Position numbers and translations under genes: made by a program. DNA of 64,000 nucleotides from assembly GCF_964355755.1 (NCBI RefSeq), contig NC_092674.1, forward strand, positions 28,458,001 to 28,522,000. The letters run 5' to 3'. The notes under the pieces are model-generated. The model was not told the DNA's origin, did no database searches, and saw nothing but the letters and a program-made list of their open reading frames with translations. How positions within the stretch are numbered: the stretch's first letter is position 1; the number at the start of each line of letters is the position of its first letter. This DNA comes from Antedon mediterranea (taxonomy: Eukaryota > Animalia > Echinodermata). Positions 36,801-50,200 of this stretch are shown one piece after another.

Positions 36801-39437
36801 ACCAGATTGGCACATCACTGGCATTCACTGGTTTTGGTATCATTGACTCCTCTTTAGATGATATCTTGGATGGGGCATTGTCCATTATCACAGATGTTCT
36901 ATCACTGTCATTTTCATCAATGCTTTCTTTACTTGACTGACCTTTTGGTTCTGAATCCTTCTTCTTACTTTTATTTTTTCTTTTCTTCTTCTTAGTACCT
37001 TGACCGGCATTTGTTGGTCTGCGGCTCAAAACTGGACTACCAAGATGACTATTCGGTGGTGTAGCATTTGATTGCATGTAATGGTCAGGACTGACCGGTT
37101 GTACAGGTAGTAGAACATAAGGAACAGTACAGGCACTTACTAATACATACTTGCTTGCTTCATGGCCATTAGGTTGTTGAAAAGCTAACTTTCCACCAGA
37201 TGATGGCACTATCAACTGAACCATACTTCTGGCGTTCTTACTAGCCTGTTCTTGCATCATCGGTTTGGAGAATTCTAAATCACCACTAATGCTATCTGAA
37301 TCGTCAAGTTTCGGTTCAGGAGTTGTTGTAGTTCTTGGTACAAACTCTTTAGCTCCAGCATTTAGCTGCGAAAGACTCATTCTTGCTTCGTGCAGAGCTT
37401 CTTCTTGTTTGTCAATAAATATCTGTTTTGGCATTTCTACCTTCTCATCATCAAAACGCTTTCCAAAGTTGGACATTTTGTGATTCTCAACGCTCAGGAT
37501 TTTTCTGAAGCCGAGAATAGAATCAAAATCGTCATCTTCCTCATCCTCATTATCTTTTATATTTGTAGTTGAATTAATTTCATTTAGTAAGACATCCATG
37601 TCAGCATCCTCTGTCATGGCATTAACTCCATCAGAAAGTTCATCTTCTTCTGGAATAACTTTGACCATTGTTTTATCAGGAACATCAAGAGAAATGTTTT
37701 CGCATTCCATTGTAGGAAGGTAGTTAGCTCTTTCTTTGATGGATGTTAGCATCGGATTGCACAAAGTAGCTGGAAGAGATTTTCGTCTTTTCTCAGATTG
37801 CTGCTCTGGTCGAAGATTATTTGAGGTTATTTCATGAGATTTTGCTTTCTTCTTTAACCTTGGTGGCACTTGATACTTTTCATGATAAGTTTTCTTTTTT
37901 CCAGAAACTTTAGAGTCCGACTTTGCTTGATGTGGTGATTTAGGTTGAAGCGGTGATTTAGGTTGAAGCGGTGATTTAGGTTGATGTGGTGATTTAGGTT
38001 GTCCTTTTGGAGATCTTGGTCCAGACTTTGGAGACCTAGAGACATTTTGTTCCATTTTCGGTGATTTTGGACTTAAACTTAAAGGCTTCTCAATGTGAAA
38101 TGTGTCCATACGTGGAATGTTGATTGGTTGTGACATTAATTGTCTGAACTGCTCTGTTTTGTCTAAATCCTCCACAATTGGTTGCTGTATCGGACTTGTA
38201 TCGATAGCGGTGTTCGAGAGTAAAGGTCGTGGCATGTCAGTTGATGGGTAATTAAACCCAGGAAAGTCAACCGGCGTAAGTAAAGGAGCACACCCAACAG
38301 ATTCCGACCTCTCATGACGCATACCATTACTATCGTATTCTGAATGCGGTAAAGAGGAAAACAACGGAGGAACAGTCACTCTTGTATTGACCGGGATTTC
38401 ATTGATGACCTTTGACCTTTCAAATCCAACTGGCTTATTTCCAACTGGATTGCCAAATGTGTTGAGGCTATTCCTAATCATTCCAGACGATAGGAATGGA
38501 TCATCGGAATATTCCATTCCGTCCTCCTTGATTTGCGAGACCAAAGACGGACGGACTGAGTCAGACATTGCAATGAGTGCATCAAGAGTTGGTTCAACTA
38601 AATTAAAAGAAAACAACATTAATTAACAAAATTATATAAATTCTACTTATAAAACAATGAATAAAAATGACATTTTCTATACTATATAACAAAATTCAAT
38701 ATAGACTAGAATGACATGACATGTAAAACATGTGCACAGACTGGATGAAAAATGACATACTATGAGTTAAGCTCTGTCTATACTATCAAACAAAATGTTA
38801 TGAGCCCTTTATTATAATGGACATGATGATGTCATGCCATATTTGGGTATATCAATATATTTGGGCACATCACATCATCATCATTTTTTTTCAAACTATT
38901 TGTGTACCACCATGTTGAACACTGTTATCCCCAATGTAGAATTACCACAAACATTAAAAATGTTAAATATTGATACTGTACAATTGAATTGGTTAACAAG
39001 AAAAACAACACCACTACATTTCAATTATATGCACGCATGAAGATGAAAAATGTGTAATTACTGGTCTGACTGTACTGGTAAAATTATTATTAACATCAAC
39101 AAAACAAATATTTACAAACAAACTGATATTGTCATTGTGAATGAATGATTTAATAGGCCTAGACAAATTGTCTGCAAAACACAACAAATGATTCTCGATT
39201 TTTTCAGACGAAATGTACATCACCTTTCCCATCATTATTTAGGTACAATAATTCTACTACTTCTGGTGTTATCGAATCCTTGAACATTTCTTGCAGTTGA
39301 CTTAATTGAGCCACGTCAAGACCATTACCGCAGGCATCTTGATCTGCCATCAACATGGAGCTAGGCCTAGGCCTATCATTCTGAGTCGGGCTTCCGGGTA
39401 GCGCACGACCTCGGCGATGGTTTTTCTTTCTTGGCAT
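28087..39437 (-). CDS. N4BP2: NEDD4-binding protein 2-like (CUE, P-loop polynucleotide kinase, CUE, DUF1771, Smr endonuclease), 1638 aa
   Basis: Exons 39437-39224, 38597-36662, 36406-36288, 35570-35482, 34118-34042, 33474-32198, 31660-31523, 31106-30853, 30642-30527, 30296-30119, 29632-29474, 29358-29291, 28886-28653, 28144-28087. Total 4917 nt, ending TGA. Motifs: LQEMF (CUE), MRGLPGSGKTTLAR (Walker A), STDDYF, AHEWN, PVIVDNTN, HGVP, CFPSVPKEDLLHVLEQC (CUE), LDLH, VITGRG. A probable non-coding first exon has its donor at 39563. Confidence 0.92.
30679..30828. repeat. (ATCA/ATCC)n microsatellite in an N4BP2 intron
   Basis: Direct reading. Confidence 0.9.
31940..32139. mobile_element. MITE, Harbinger-like
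   Basis: 20-bp perfect TIR AGGGTCTTTCACACCTGTTC / GAACAGGTGTGAAAGACCCT. Confidence 0.85.
35878..36197 (-). mobile_element. Two adjacent tRNA-derived SINE heads
   Basis: A/B box-like motifs (TAATGGCTAG..GGTTCGAATC and TGGTGGTTAA..GGTTCAATCC). Related fragments at 14385-14440 and 43126-43218. Confidence 0.6.
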
Positions 39438-40670
39438 TGCAAATTGGGTACATCGTTTTGCCGTTATTTGTTGATAAACTCCTTATTTTCTAAGTTTGCA
39501 TTAAAGAAAACATAACACATAATAAACATAATAACAATACATTTCTTTAAAATGATAAACTTACATAGAAGCAGCGTTTATGTTCGTCTTTCAGTTTGTA
39601 AACATTTCGCTACAATTTACGTTTCGTCCACAAAAAAACATGGTGGAACAATTGTTAAAACGCCCTCTGTAATACAGGTCCGATGATCCGTCGTGTGCTA
39701 AAAGTTGATGAACTTTATAAATATTATAACACTCGAACTCCAGGCAATAACAGTCATTTTAATTATTCATTTACATGAAGGCCTAGGCCTAGTTAATAAG
39801 AAAATACCTATATGTTTGTCGATATGCGAGCAAAATGAGCGCAAAGATAGGCTGGCAACGTGGAACACAAAAATAAAAATTAAACGGCCCCAATTAAAAA
39901 GTGTTTAATCCTTACCGGATAGTACTTAAAACCGTCTGAAACCGCGCGGATTAAATAGGACCCTGTGACTTTTGCGGTTGTAGTGCCGTAGCATATGTAT
40001 CAATGAAGGGAAATATTCATTTTCCCGTCGAAAATGAAACAGTTTAAACTTTACAATAATTTCCGCGTAGGTATGAAGAAATCGGGTCGTGTGCGGTTTC
40101 AATACACCTACACGCCTACCTAAACCAACGCAAACAACTTGCCTTGTCTAAACCAGTAATTTCACTCTTTCCTGCACAAACAATAATAGAAACAAAAAAT
40201 GATTAGGCAGTATAGGTGCTACACCACACAGAGAACAAAACCTATTAGTTTGAATTGAATAATAGCCAACAACAAACTGTGGAACACCAACATGGTGGAT
40301 GGCGGCGGAACCAATTCCTAGATTTTGAAATAAATTTAATGAAACATCGAATGCTGATGATCTAATCTTTATTGCACAAGTGTATTTCACTATTTGTCGA
40401 AATTTAGGGCATCCGTGGGTATTTTCTTGGTGTAGTAGTAGTGTCAATCTTAATTGGTACCTGTCCGGGAAGCTATTAGCATTAGGCATTAGTTCACATG
40501 ACTATTTTTCTTGTAGTCTCAATTAAAACTTTCAAAAATAATATTTGAGCCGGTGTTCTGTTCTGTTGTTTTACTCAATCGATCTGATTCCTGTTTCTGA
40601 ATCCCGAAATAGGTCTTGTGATTGGATCGAGCGAACAACTAAAAAAAGAGGTTTACACTAGCAAACATAA

Positions 40671-40831
40671 AGCTATATCTACACTATCAAACTAGTTTGA
40701 CAAAAAAGAGTGTGATGTGCTCAAATGTGGTAGCGATATGCCCAAATATGGTAGTGATATGACATAATCATGTCCTTATATGGGCAAATTAAATTGTTTG
40801 TCACATAAAGTTTGATAGTGTAGACAGGGCT
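40671..40831. mobile_element. MITE type C (AGCTCTGTCTACACTATCAAAC TIR)
   Basis: Other copies or fragments at ~15340, 29177, 35603, 38770, 42760, 45417, 50600, 53183, 53817, 55333, 57260, 57870, 59092 and 59670. Confidence 0.85.
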
Positions 40832-41574
40832 TTAGTTTGCGAAATCGAGAAACTGTTTCAAATAGTTTTCCAACCTTGCTATTGTCGATAACTAACATGA
40901 CAAACTTCGGCAAACAGAAGTCTACTACCAACAAATTTTAGTTTGCAAACTCTGAGATTAAAACAACAATTTGTTGGTAAAGTTTGAGTGTGGACTAGGC
41001 CTATGCTTAACAAGAATGCCTTTGAATGCTGCTAACCACAACCGGAAAAAAAGAACCGTGTTTCTAGCATATTTCTCGGAAACCATTCCAGTCATTATAA
41101 ACAAAGCAACAGAAGAAGTCTGTTTATTGTATATTGATAACAACCGGTGAGGTATACCTTAACCAATAAAACGAACATCGACCTCTTAAAGAAAACAAAG
41201 ACCCGTTTTAAAAGTTACTTAATTTATCATGTTTATTGCTTATTAAACATGTCTACATAAAATAAATTATCAAGTCAAAAATAATTATTTGCTATAGTTA
41301 TACATACATTAAAATGTATTTTAATATAACAGTCCAATATATTAATATTGATCATTTTAATCGGCAATCCAATACATGTAATGTCTTATCTGTTTTAAAA
41401 TAACTATTTGATTGAAATGAAAAAACATATTTAATTTATTATCATAATACCATTTATGATGTTTAAATATGATAATATTGCACATTTCGTTTTCCTAAAC
41501 AATTTTTTCGTATGCACAAATGACTCCCTGAAACAAACAAAATTATATTTAGGGAGCAATCATAAGGCCTACAT

Positions 41575-42070
41575 TGGACGTCTATGCGTTAAATGTACGA
41601 TGTCTATGCGTTGAGTGTACGACGTCTATGCGTTGCGTGTACGATGTCTATGCGTTGAGTGTACGATGTCTATGCGTTGCGTGTACGACGTCTATGCGTT
41701 GCGTGTACGACGTCTATGCGTTGCGTGTACGACGTCTATGCGTTGCGTGTACGACGTCTATGCGTTGCGTGTACGACGTCTATGCGTTGAGTGTACAACG
41801 TCAATGCGTTGCGTGTACGACGTCTATGCGTTGAGTGTACGACGCTTTTGCGTTGAGTGTACGATGCCTTTGCGTTGAGTGTACGACGTCTTTGCGTTGA
41901 GTGTAAGACGTCCTTCCGTAGAGTGAACAACGTCTTGGCGTAGAGTGTACGACGTCTTGGCGTTGAGTGTACGACGCTTTTGCGTTGAGTGTACGACGTC
42001 TTTGCGTTGAGTGTACGACGTCTTTGCGTTGAGTGTACGATTTCTTTGTGTTGCGTGTCGACGTCTATAC
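41575..42070. repeat. 22-bp minisatellite (GTGTACGACGTCTATGCGTTG(C/A))n
   Basis: About 22 copies, CpG-rich. Confidence 0.95.
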
Positions 42071-43285
42071 GTTTTTTGTAATTAATTTTGATTTTAAATG
42101 AAAAACAAAACAAGATGATAAAATATTTTTAAAAACAGCGAAAAAAAATAAATGTAGTTATAATTTGAGTTTGAAAACAACTTGTTTGGATATCCATATA
42201 AGGCATAATAACAATATAAGGTAAAATATTCATTTTGTAATTATACAGAATATATAAAATTTGAACTTAAATAAACACAAACAAGGTTTGTTTCAATTAA
42301 AATGGTTGAATTAATTAAAATTTTTAATAATAAATAATAAACAACAAATATTTGAATGATAATCTTATTTGAGAATTCAATGTTACGTTTTCAGTGGTAT
42401 TTTTAAATTTAATAATTTTCGGTAAATACTAAATATAAATAATAATAAATGTAGTTTATGATCATTAATTTCTTAAATTTTCATATTATTTTAAAAGCCC
42501 CATTTACTCATGAATTATGCATAAAATATGCATAATTAGCACACAATTAACATACAACATAGCGCCTTTTAAATTTAAAAGAGTTGACGGGGAATGCATA
42601 AAACAAAAGTATTTACATAAATGGAATGTTCCAAGAGATACATAACATACCTAACTACCACAATAATAATAATAATAATAATTATCATTATCTTTATCAA
42701 AACAGCATCACTCCATCTACACAATCCCACTTTATGCGACAACAAAATGTGATCTGCGCATATATGGATGATGATATCTATCACTACCATATTTTGGCAT
42801 ACCACACACGTTTGATATTGTAGACAGAGATTTAGTTGAGAAGTAAAGCTACTTTGAATTAAAAAAAATAACTAAAATAAAATTTAAACAAATGCACCTG
42901 AGAAAGAAACATTGGAATAACCAACGACTCGGAAAGCTCGCCTAAAACCATCGGATAACCAGGTACGGCTGGCGAGGATTGCTATAAAGAATTTGGCTTA
43001 CATTTAGGCCTGACTTGCTTTGATCTAAGACTTAAGACAGGTTGATAGTGTAAACATATACGACAGGTGGGACATCATGATTTTTTCAATAATTGAGTTG
43101 AAAAATATTCATTCTGGGGAATTTATTGTATAGTGGTCTAATGGTTAGGACATCTTCCTGGTCCGAATCTTGGTTTGGGAGAATTTTTCTTATTCTTACA
43201 GAATTCCTCATCTTTATTGTTTCAAATTAATAAATCACATTATATTACCAGGCGAATTAATGTTCTGTGTGTTTTGTTTATATAT

Positions 43286-43798
43286 TAGGGAGGTTTCGCA
43301 ACCTTACGAATACGATAACGAAAACGGATACGTCATACATTTGTGAAACTTTTGAGCTGATCCCCATTTCATATTCGTAAAGCGTATTCTATTGACGAAT
43401 ATCACCAGTCATATTCTACAAATACTACAAAACCAGTATAGTTTTTGATCTATTTTGCACATTTTGCATTTGAATCAGGAATGATTCATGATTATAATAT
43501 AATTATATTTTTATTGAAAGTAATTTACTAAAGTAATTTACTAAAATGCCAGGTCAATTTTGATAAATAGCAGTTTTTAAAGTTCTCACTCGCTTTGATG
43601 TTACGCTAGGCCTAGGCAGCCAAGTACCAAGCAACACGTACCTGCGCTTCGCTCAAATTTACCGCAGTCATATTTTGGACGCGCCTCAATATTTCGTTGC
43701 CATGCGAAACAGATTTTTTTATGGCTTACGAAAACGAATACGTGTGCGTGACGTATCCGTTTTCGTTATCGTATTCGTAAGATTGCGAAACCTCTCTA
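43286..43798. mobile_element. MITE with ~50-bp TIRs (ISL2EU/Harbinger-like ends)
   Basis: TAGGGAGGTTTCGCAACCTTACGAATACGATAACGAAAACGGATACGTCA and its near-perfect inverse at 43749-43798. Confidence 0.85.
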
Positions 43799-44252
43799 TT
43801 GTGTATTGTGTATAGTTCAGCTTCATTGTATATATCTAGGGGTGTTCCCTTACACAGAGCTTGTTTATAACTTTTCCTCCACCACTGCGATGATGTTTGT
43901 AAGCCTGCGTAGAGGAGGCTTAGAATCAACATCAATGTTGTCTCAGACTTGATCTAAATTTGTAAGACCACGTTCCCAAGTTTAAGACCTGACTTGAGAC
44001 CATTATTACAATCCACCGCTGGTTTTCCAAAAAGTTTTTAGAATATAATTTACCCAATATCGAAGAATTTGGGACTTAATAATTCTGGTTAGTTTCTGGT
44101 ATTCCACTGCTCAAGTATTTTCGGCGATTACAGTACTCTGATTACCCAGAAACATTCATTACCCACAATACCTTCTTCACACAATGCATGATATATAAGA
44201 GTATAAAGGCACATACTTCATTTGGTTAAAACTAATAAGAATATCTTCAATG

Positions 44253-47200
44253 CTAACTTGCTATCATTATGGGATATTTCTGGTTTAATTTTTGTAAAAG
44301 ATTGTGATCGATCGTTTCAAATATCCATTTTTGCGATGGTTTTGTTTTACTACATTTTGAAAGGAAAATACTTGGTTTAGAGGTTGTGCTGCTGTCTAAG
44401 CAATGCCGTGACATTTTATGGTACAGCAACTGGTGTTCCTGCAAAGTAAACAAAATATAAACAATAAACATACATCTAACAGAATGTACTTAACTCACTA
44501 ATTAGTAGATAAAAATACTGTAAAGTATGGCTGTATTTCAAAAAAAGAATTAAAATTGGGCGAATATTACAAAAAGACAAAAAGTAAAACTTTGTTTACA
44601 GATCAGACTGATATAATTTAGCCTAGAGGATGTAATTACGACCTGCTCTTTAAGGAAAGGTACAAACAACCAGTAGCATAATGACTATGAACGCTCACTG
44701 AACAACTAGAGCTTAAGGGGCCCCAGAGCATGAGCAGTCCAATGCAACTGCCCACCGTTTATGAGTGGTAAACCACAGGCCTTTACCCTCTGCATTACGC
44801 CACTGGAGTGGAATTGTGGTTTGGCGGTTATGATGCTTGGCTACCAATCCAAGGGTCCTGGGTTCAAGTCCTGTTAGTATCAGGATTTTTCTAATGGCAA
44901 TTTATAACTCCACTCCCGAAGAATAATAAATAATAAGACTTTGTTTATGTAGAGCATCTTGTATATGCTTGTCTTGTAAACAGGATTGCCACCTTAAAGA
45001 AGGATAGTGAATGAATTCGCTTATGATTATCCTTGGCAATTTGCCGATATATATATATAAAAAAAAAAACAAGAAACATGTGTACACTGGACCTCTAACC
45101 TCTAGTTTTAAAGTCCTTATCCTAAAAGACTCATTCTACCACCAGAACAATGCTCAACAGAGCCATGAAAAATGAACTACTACTAACCTCATTATAAACC
45201 CATAGTTGGTTTCCTCCACTCCCGTGGCAGGGGAATAGAATAGGTTCTCCTCCTTCATGACCGAATGGATAATCCACGCACTTCTGTAATTTTGTTGACC
45301 CTAATCTCAGGTCATCGTGCCAAGTAACCGCAAAAAACTAAAATATGCACAGAAACAGAATTAAAAATCTCAAATTAAGTTAAAATAGACAGAGTTTACA
45401 AGGCATTCTTGACTTAAAGCCCTTGCCTACACGATCAAACTTTATGTAAAAAAATGTGATGTGCCCATATATGGACAAGATGATGTCATATCACTACCAC
45501 ATTTGGGCACACCACACTGTTTTTGTGAAACTAGTTAGATAGTGTAGACATAGAAAAACAATTTTTATTAAACTTCAGAGAAAAACATTTGTTTTGAGGA
45601 CATGGTTTGTGGACTATACCATTGTAGAGGGGAGTGTTCAGCAAATTTTCTACGTTTTAACTCCTAATAGAATAGGCTATTGTCGGTTTATTCAGGTAAA
45701 AGCTAGGCATGAAATAGACTGGTTAATTTAATATGATTTCTTTCAATCCTAAAGTCATGTCAAATCTGGGTGCAATTATTCCCTCATGTGGATAGTTTTA
45801 AATAATATTTTTTTTAAAGAAAAAAATATATCTTAAATCATAATCATGGCCCACACTCTGTATATAACAATAAAAAATAATCTTTTACCTGTCTACCGGA
45901 TCTTGGTGAGGGCGATTTAAAACATTTTTCTAATTGAAATTCAGATTTCCTACCCATATTGACAGTAAGGCACATGTCAGAGGCCACAGAGCGCACCTGT
46001 ATATAATGGAGAAAAAAAACAAATATGTTTTTTACAATCATGGTATGGCTACTAGGGTAGTTGACAAAAGAAAAATTATGGTGTGGGCAATTTAATAACA
46101 TATAACATAGCAAAAACAATAAACCTCAACTAGAACAATTGGTACTAAATAACCAACCATTGTATTTACGTTCGCAATTTCATATTATATCTAACCCCTT
46201 GACCTTCTTCCATTGACCCCAGTACTTACCTGGCCCTCCGCTGCGTTCTTTGGCTCCACTGGTGGGTAGTACTTCAGAATATCTGGTGCAATATTTTCCA
46301 TAAACCAAGTAAAATTATGACAATTTAATCGTTTCTTTAAATTTAACTGGTCTGTGATATCACCAAAACTTTTTCCTTTAAGGTAAGGTCTACGGTCATA
46401 GAAATACTGCTTCCAATCGTCCATCCACGTCTCAATAACTCGCATTAAATTCTGACAACGATAAATTTGATAATATGATTTATTTTACAATTTAAGCTAT
46501 GGATAGGATCATCACCGGATGAACTTATACACAAGATTCTCTACATAAACTAAGTCTTAAACATGTCTTTGGGAGTAGAGTTGTTTTCTGTCATGAGAAC
46601 ATTTGACATTAGGACTATTAGATTACCATGGAGATACATATGATAAGAAAATACAGAAATGTAAACTATGGAAACACACACTAAACACACATTTCTCAAT
46701 TTAGTTATGGCTTGGTGGTTATGATGCTTGGCTACCAATCCAAGGGTCCTGGGTTCAAGTCCTGTCATATCAGAATTTTTTTCTAATGACAAATTACAAC
46801 TCAATGCCCAAAGACTTGTAATAGAACTTTACATCTTGTGTATATGTTTGTCTTGTCTCAGGATTGCCAGCTTTAAGAAGGATAGTGAATGAATTCACTT
46901 ACGGTTATCCTTGGCAATTTTACTAAATATTTAAAAAAAAGCATATTATTTAATCATTTATTGTTGATATGATGCCGATTAATATTGATCACATATTATC
47001 TGACTATGAATATCATGATTAAATATTTATTATACTCGACTGCGATACAACTCAATAATGACAAAATTCGTCCCATGAGATTTTGAGATGAGTAATTAAT
47101 ATGTGAAAGTGAGCAGTCTAGGGCGCTCATGCGTAACCTTCCGCAGAATTGAGTATAATACTTTTTGATGAGAAGATCATAGCATTTTATATATAGGGAT

Positions 47201-50200
47201 TAGTATATATGTGTCTATACATATATAAATATATCAAATGTGTGTTACAACAGTATTATAAATCTTTTGCGGTATTAGGACTAAACAAATTTTGTTTGTT
47301 AACCCAGGGAGTTGTTATTAGAGTTCTAATAACAACTCCCTGGTTAACCATTACCGACATTTTATCAACAAGGGGAAAAATAATTAATAGCTGGCATGCA
47401 TGCACTGCTTAGAGGAAAAAATATTTTTCCATTTTTGTTCATATAGATATCGTCAAAATTTCCCAATCCTACCATTTAAAGTTTTTGTTTCACAACTCTA
47501 TATTTATTCATTAACATATTTTAATGAATGAATTTAGCAGCCGGCTAAAATGTTTATGACTTGAAGTTTACAGACATGCATTTATTAACATATTTTTAAA
47601 AACATTTTTAGATCAAGACACAACTTTGCGCGGATTACTAGCTGCATTATGGGAGTATGTTTCCATACATGTTTGATAAAAAAAAAATGACTGGGGTAAT
47701 AATGTTCAGCGGTTAGGTATCACAACATTAGGCGCTATATAAATCCAGGATATTATTATTATCATAACACCAATCTTTCTATGACTTTCAATTCAATTCA
47801 ATTCAAAGTAACATTTATTTTCTTCAAAATAAAACAGTCAACAAAATGGTGTAAAGAAAGGTAATATGATTGAAGAAGGCATGATCAAAAAAGCAAAAAG
47901 CTTGTGACAGACATGCCTAAACAAAGATTAGATAAAAACAACACGGAAAAAGAAAATAAATAAATAAATAAATAAATTAAAAATTAACTTTACGATAAAA
48001 ATATACAGTGGGGAAAAACGTTACAGTTAAGGTTACAGCTGTTGATCGAAAAAGTAAATTAAAATACAGGTAATTAAAACACACCTTATTAATGACGCCA
48101 CCTCCACCCGGAACAGAATACGACATAAATTTACGATAGACATGACCCACACGAGAGCAAGGAACATCTTCCATCTCCCCTCCACACATCCAGATCTGAA
48201 AATTTAAATATAAAATATAAGTCTATTTATTCTTTGCATGCAATGCTTTACACAAAATACACAAACCAACAGTGGCGTTGGTAGTCTATGAGTGCCGCTT
48301 AGCTAGTTAAACAACTCTACTGTCGTCCCACGTGTGAGGGCACAGTTGGCGGATTAGTCCATTATCATAAATAACCAATACACAAATACAACAACAGTAC
48401 ACACATGTGCTTTCAGAAAAGTAACTAAACAGAGACACGCTTTTCTTACTTTCATAATCTTTAATTTGTCATTAAATTTTATTGTCATTAAATTTTAATG
48501 TAAAGTTATATAAATAATTCACGTCACCATCGATAAAATTTTATGTAATACAAGACTATGTAAACAATGAAACTTTTAAAACGTAAATTTTTTCAATTTA
48601 TAAATGTTTTTATATTTTTAATATTTTTAAACGTTTTAAACATTTTTAGCCTATTTGAAATTTTAGCAATTTATAAATTGTAAAGGTTTTAGGAACATTC
48701 TAATGGTTTGAATACTTTTAAAGCTGTTTTTCAAAATCCTTTTAAAGCTGTTTTAAACTATTTTAATCTCCTGAATCCTTCTCAATTTTTATACCTAGTC
48801 TTTTTTACACCGTGTTTCATAACTTATATTTTTTTGTGCCATTGTGTGTGTGTGTATATAATATATTATATTGTATACCTATTTATTATATTGTACTAAT
48901 AATTGTCAATCTTCAAGAAGAATTTCTGTTGTTATTTTATGATGATGATGGACAAATAAAGCATTTCAGTATTCAGTATATAGTAAGCGTCTATTAATTC
49001 GTAATATTTAATTACTTTGATTAATAGACCATAATACCATGAATAAAACAAACTGTATTAAATTTAGCTTAGTTTTGCTGTGGCAAAGTTCAACATCCTA
49101 TATGGCAAGCCTAGGTATATAGTAGTGCATGCTGTACCATAGAGGTGAGTGGACACAACCAAGAAGGCCTGTTGTACACTTATGTAAATTACAGACAATC
49201 ATTTAATTTGCTTTAATTATAGATAATTTGATTCTTGGCGAGCATCGTGTTTTAGGTATGTGGTGAGAGGAAGAACGTGATAATAATTAATTTATAAATC
49301 TAGGTGTGGGGGAAATACTTATCATTCTTTTCAAAAAGACAAGTTAAATTTAGAATTTATTGAACATTTTCATCTTACGAACACCTAGATTTTGTAATTT
49401 GTAAACTGTCTAAATATATATTGGTATATATCATTTTTTGTGATGATATTGTGATGATGATGATGATAATATTGTGATGATGTTGTGATGATGATATTGT
49501 GATGATATTGAATGTAATATTATGAAAACATTTAAAAAATGTTGAATGGTTATCAAGAATTAATATTGCAGCTATCCAGATGATACCTTGAATGATATGT
49601 CATACTGCTCACCGCCCCATACATCCAATCCTTTATCATAGCCTCCTAATTCATCCAGGAAATATTTTCTATCAACGGCAAATAAACCTCCGGCCATTAT
49701 TGGAGTCCTACAACAAAAATCAATAACGTTGTTAGCAGTGTATAACTCAATAAACATGACATTGATATCAAAACGGTAAAATTTCAAACATTGGCATCAC
49801 GGTCCTTTTAAAAAGACAAACTCTGAAAATCAATATTGAAATTAGTAGTTTGTGTAACTCAATCAACTTTAAACTACCCTCGATAATAAATGGATTAGTC
49901 CGTCACAGAGGAAGGAAAATATGGGTATGGAAAAACAATGTGTGGGAAAGTCATATCTCAGAAGCCCATGGGCTTCTTTTCAAGGTTTTATGGTACTGTA
50001 AAACAATACACAGTTTGTATTGGTATGATGTAAATATTGGCGTATTTTTAACTGCCAGTTTTCAGAGGCTTGTTTTTGTGGTCTGTACTTTAATGATTCT
50101 GGAACTGAAAGTTCTGGTATTCATAAGAAATTATAATACTGTAAAAACATTATGCATACAAAATATTTTTAGAAATGCATGGTAGAAATATTTGTATTTA

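Noticed and set aside
39920-40490. Divergent gene or ncRNA upstream of N4BP2
   Set aside because: Slightly GC-richer with a short inverted repeat, but no recognisable RNA family, domain or exon chain.
41574-42113. Cys/Arg-rich ORFs
   Set aside because: Translations of the 22-bp minisatellite.
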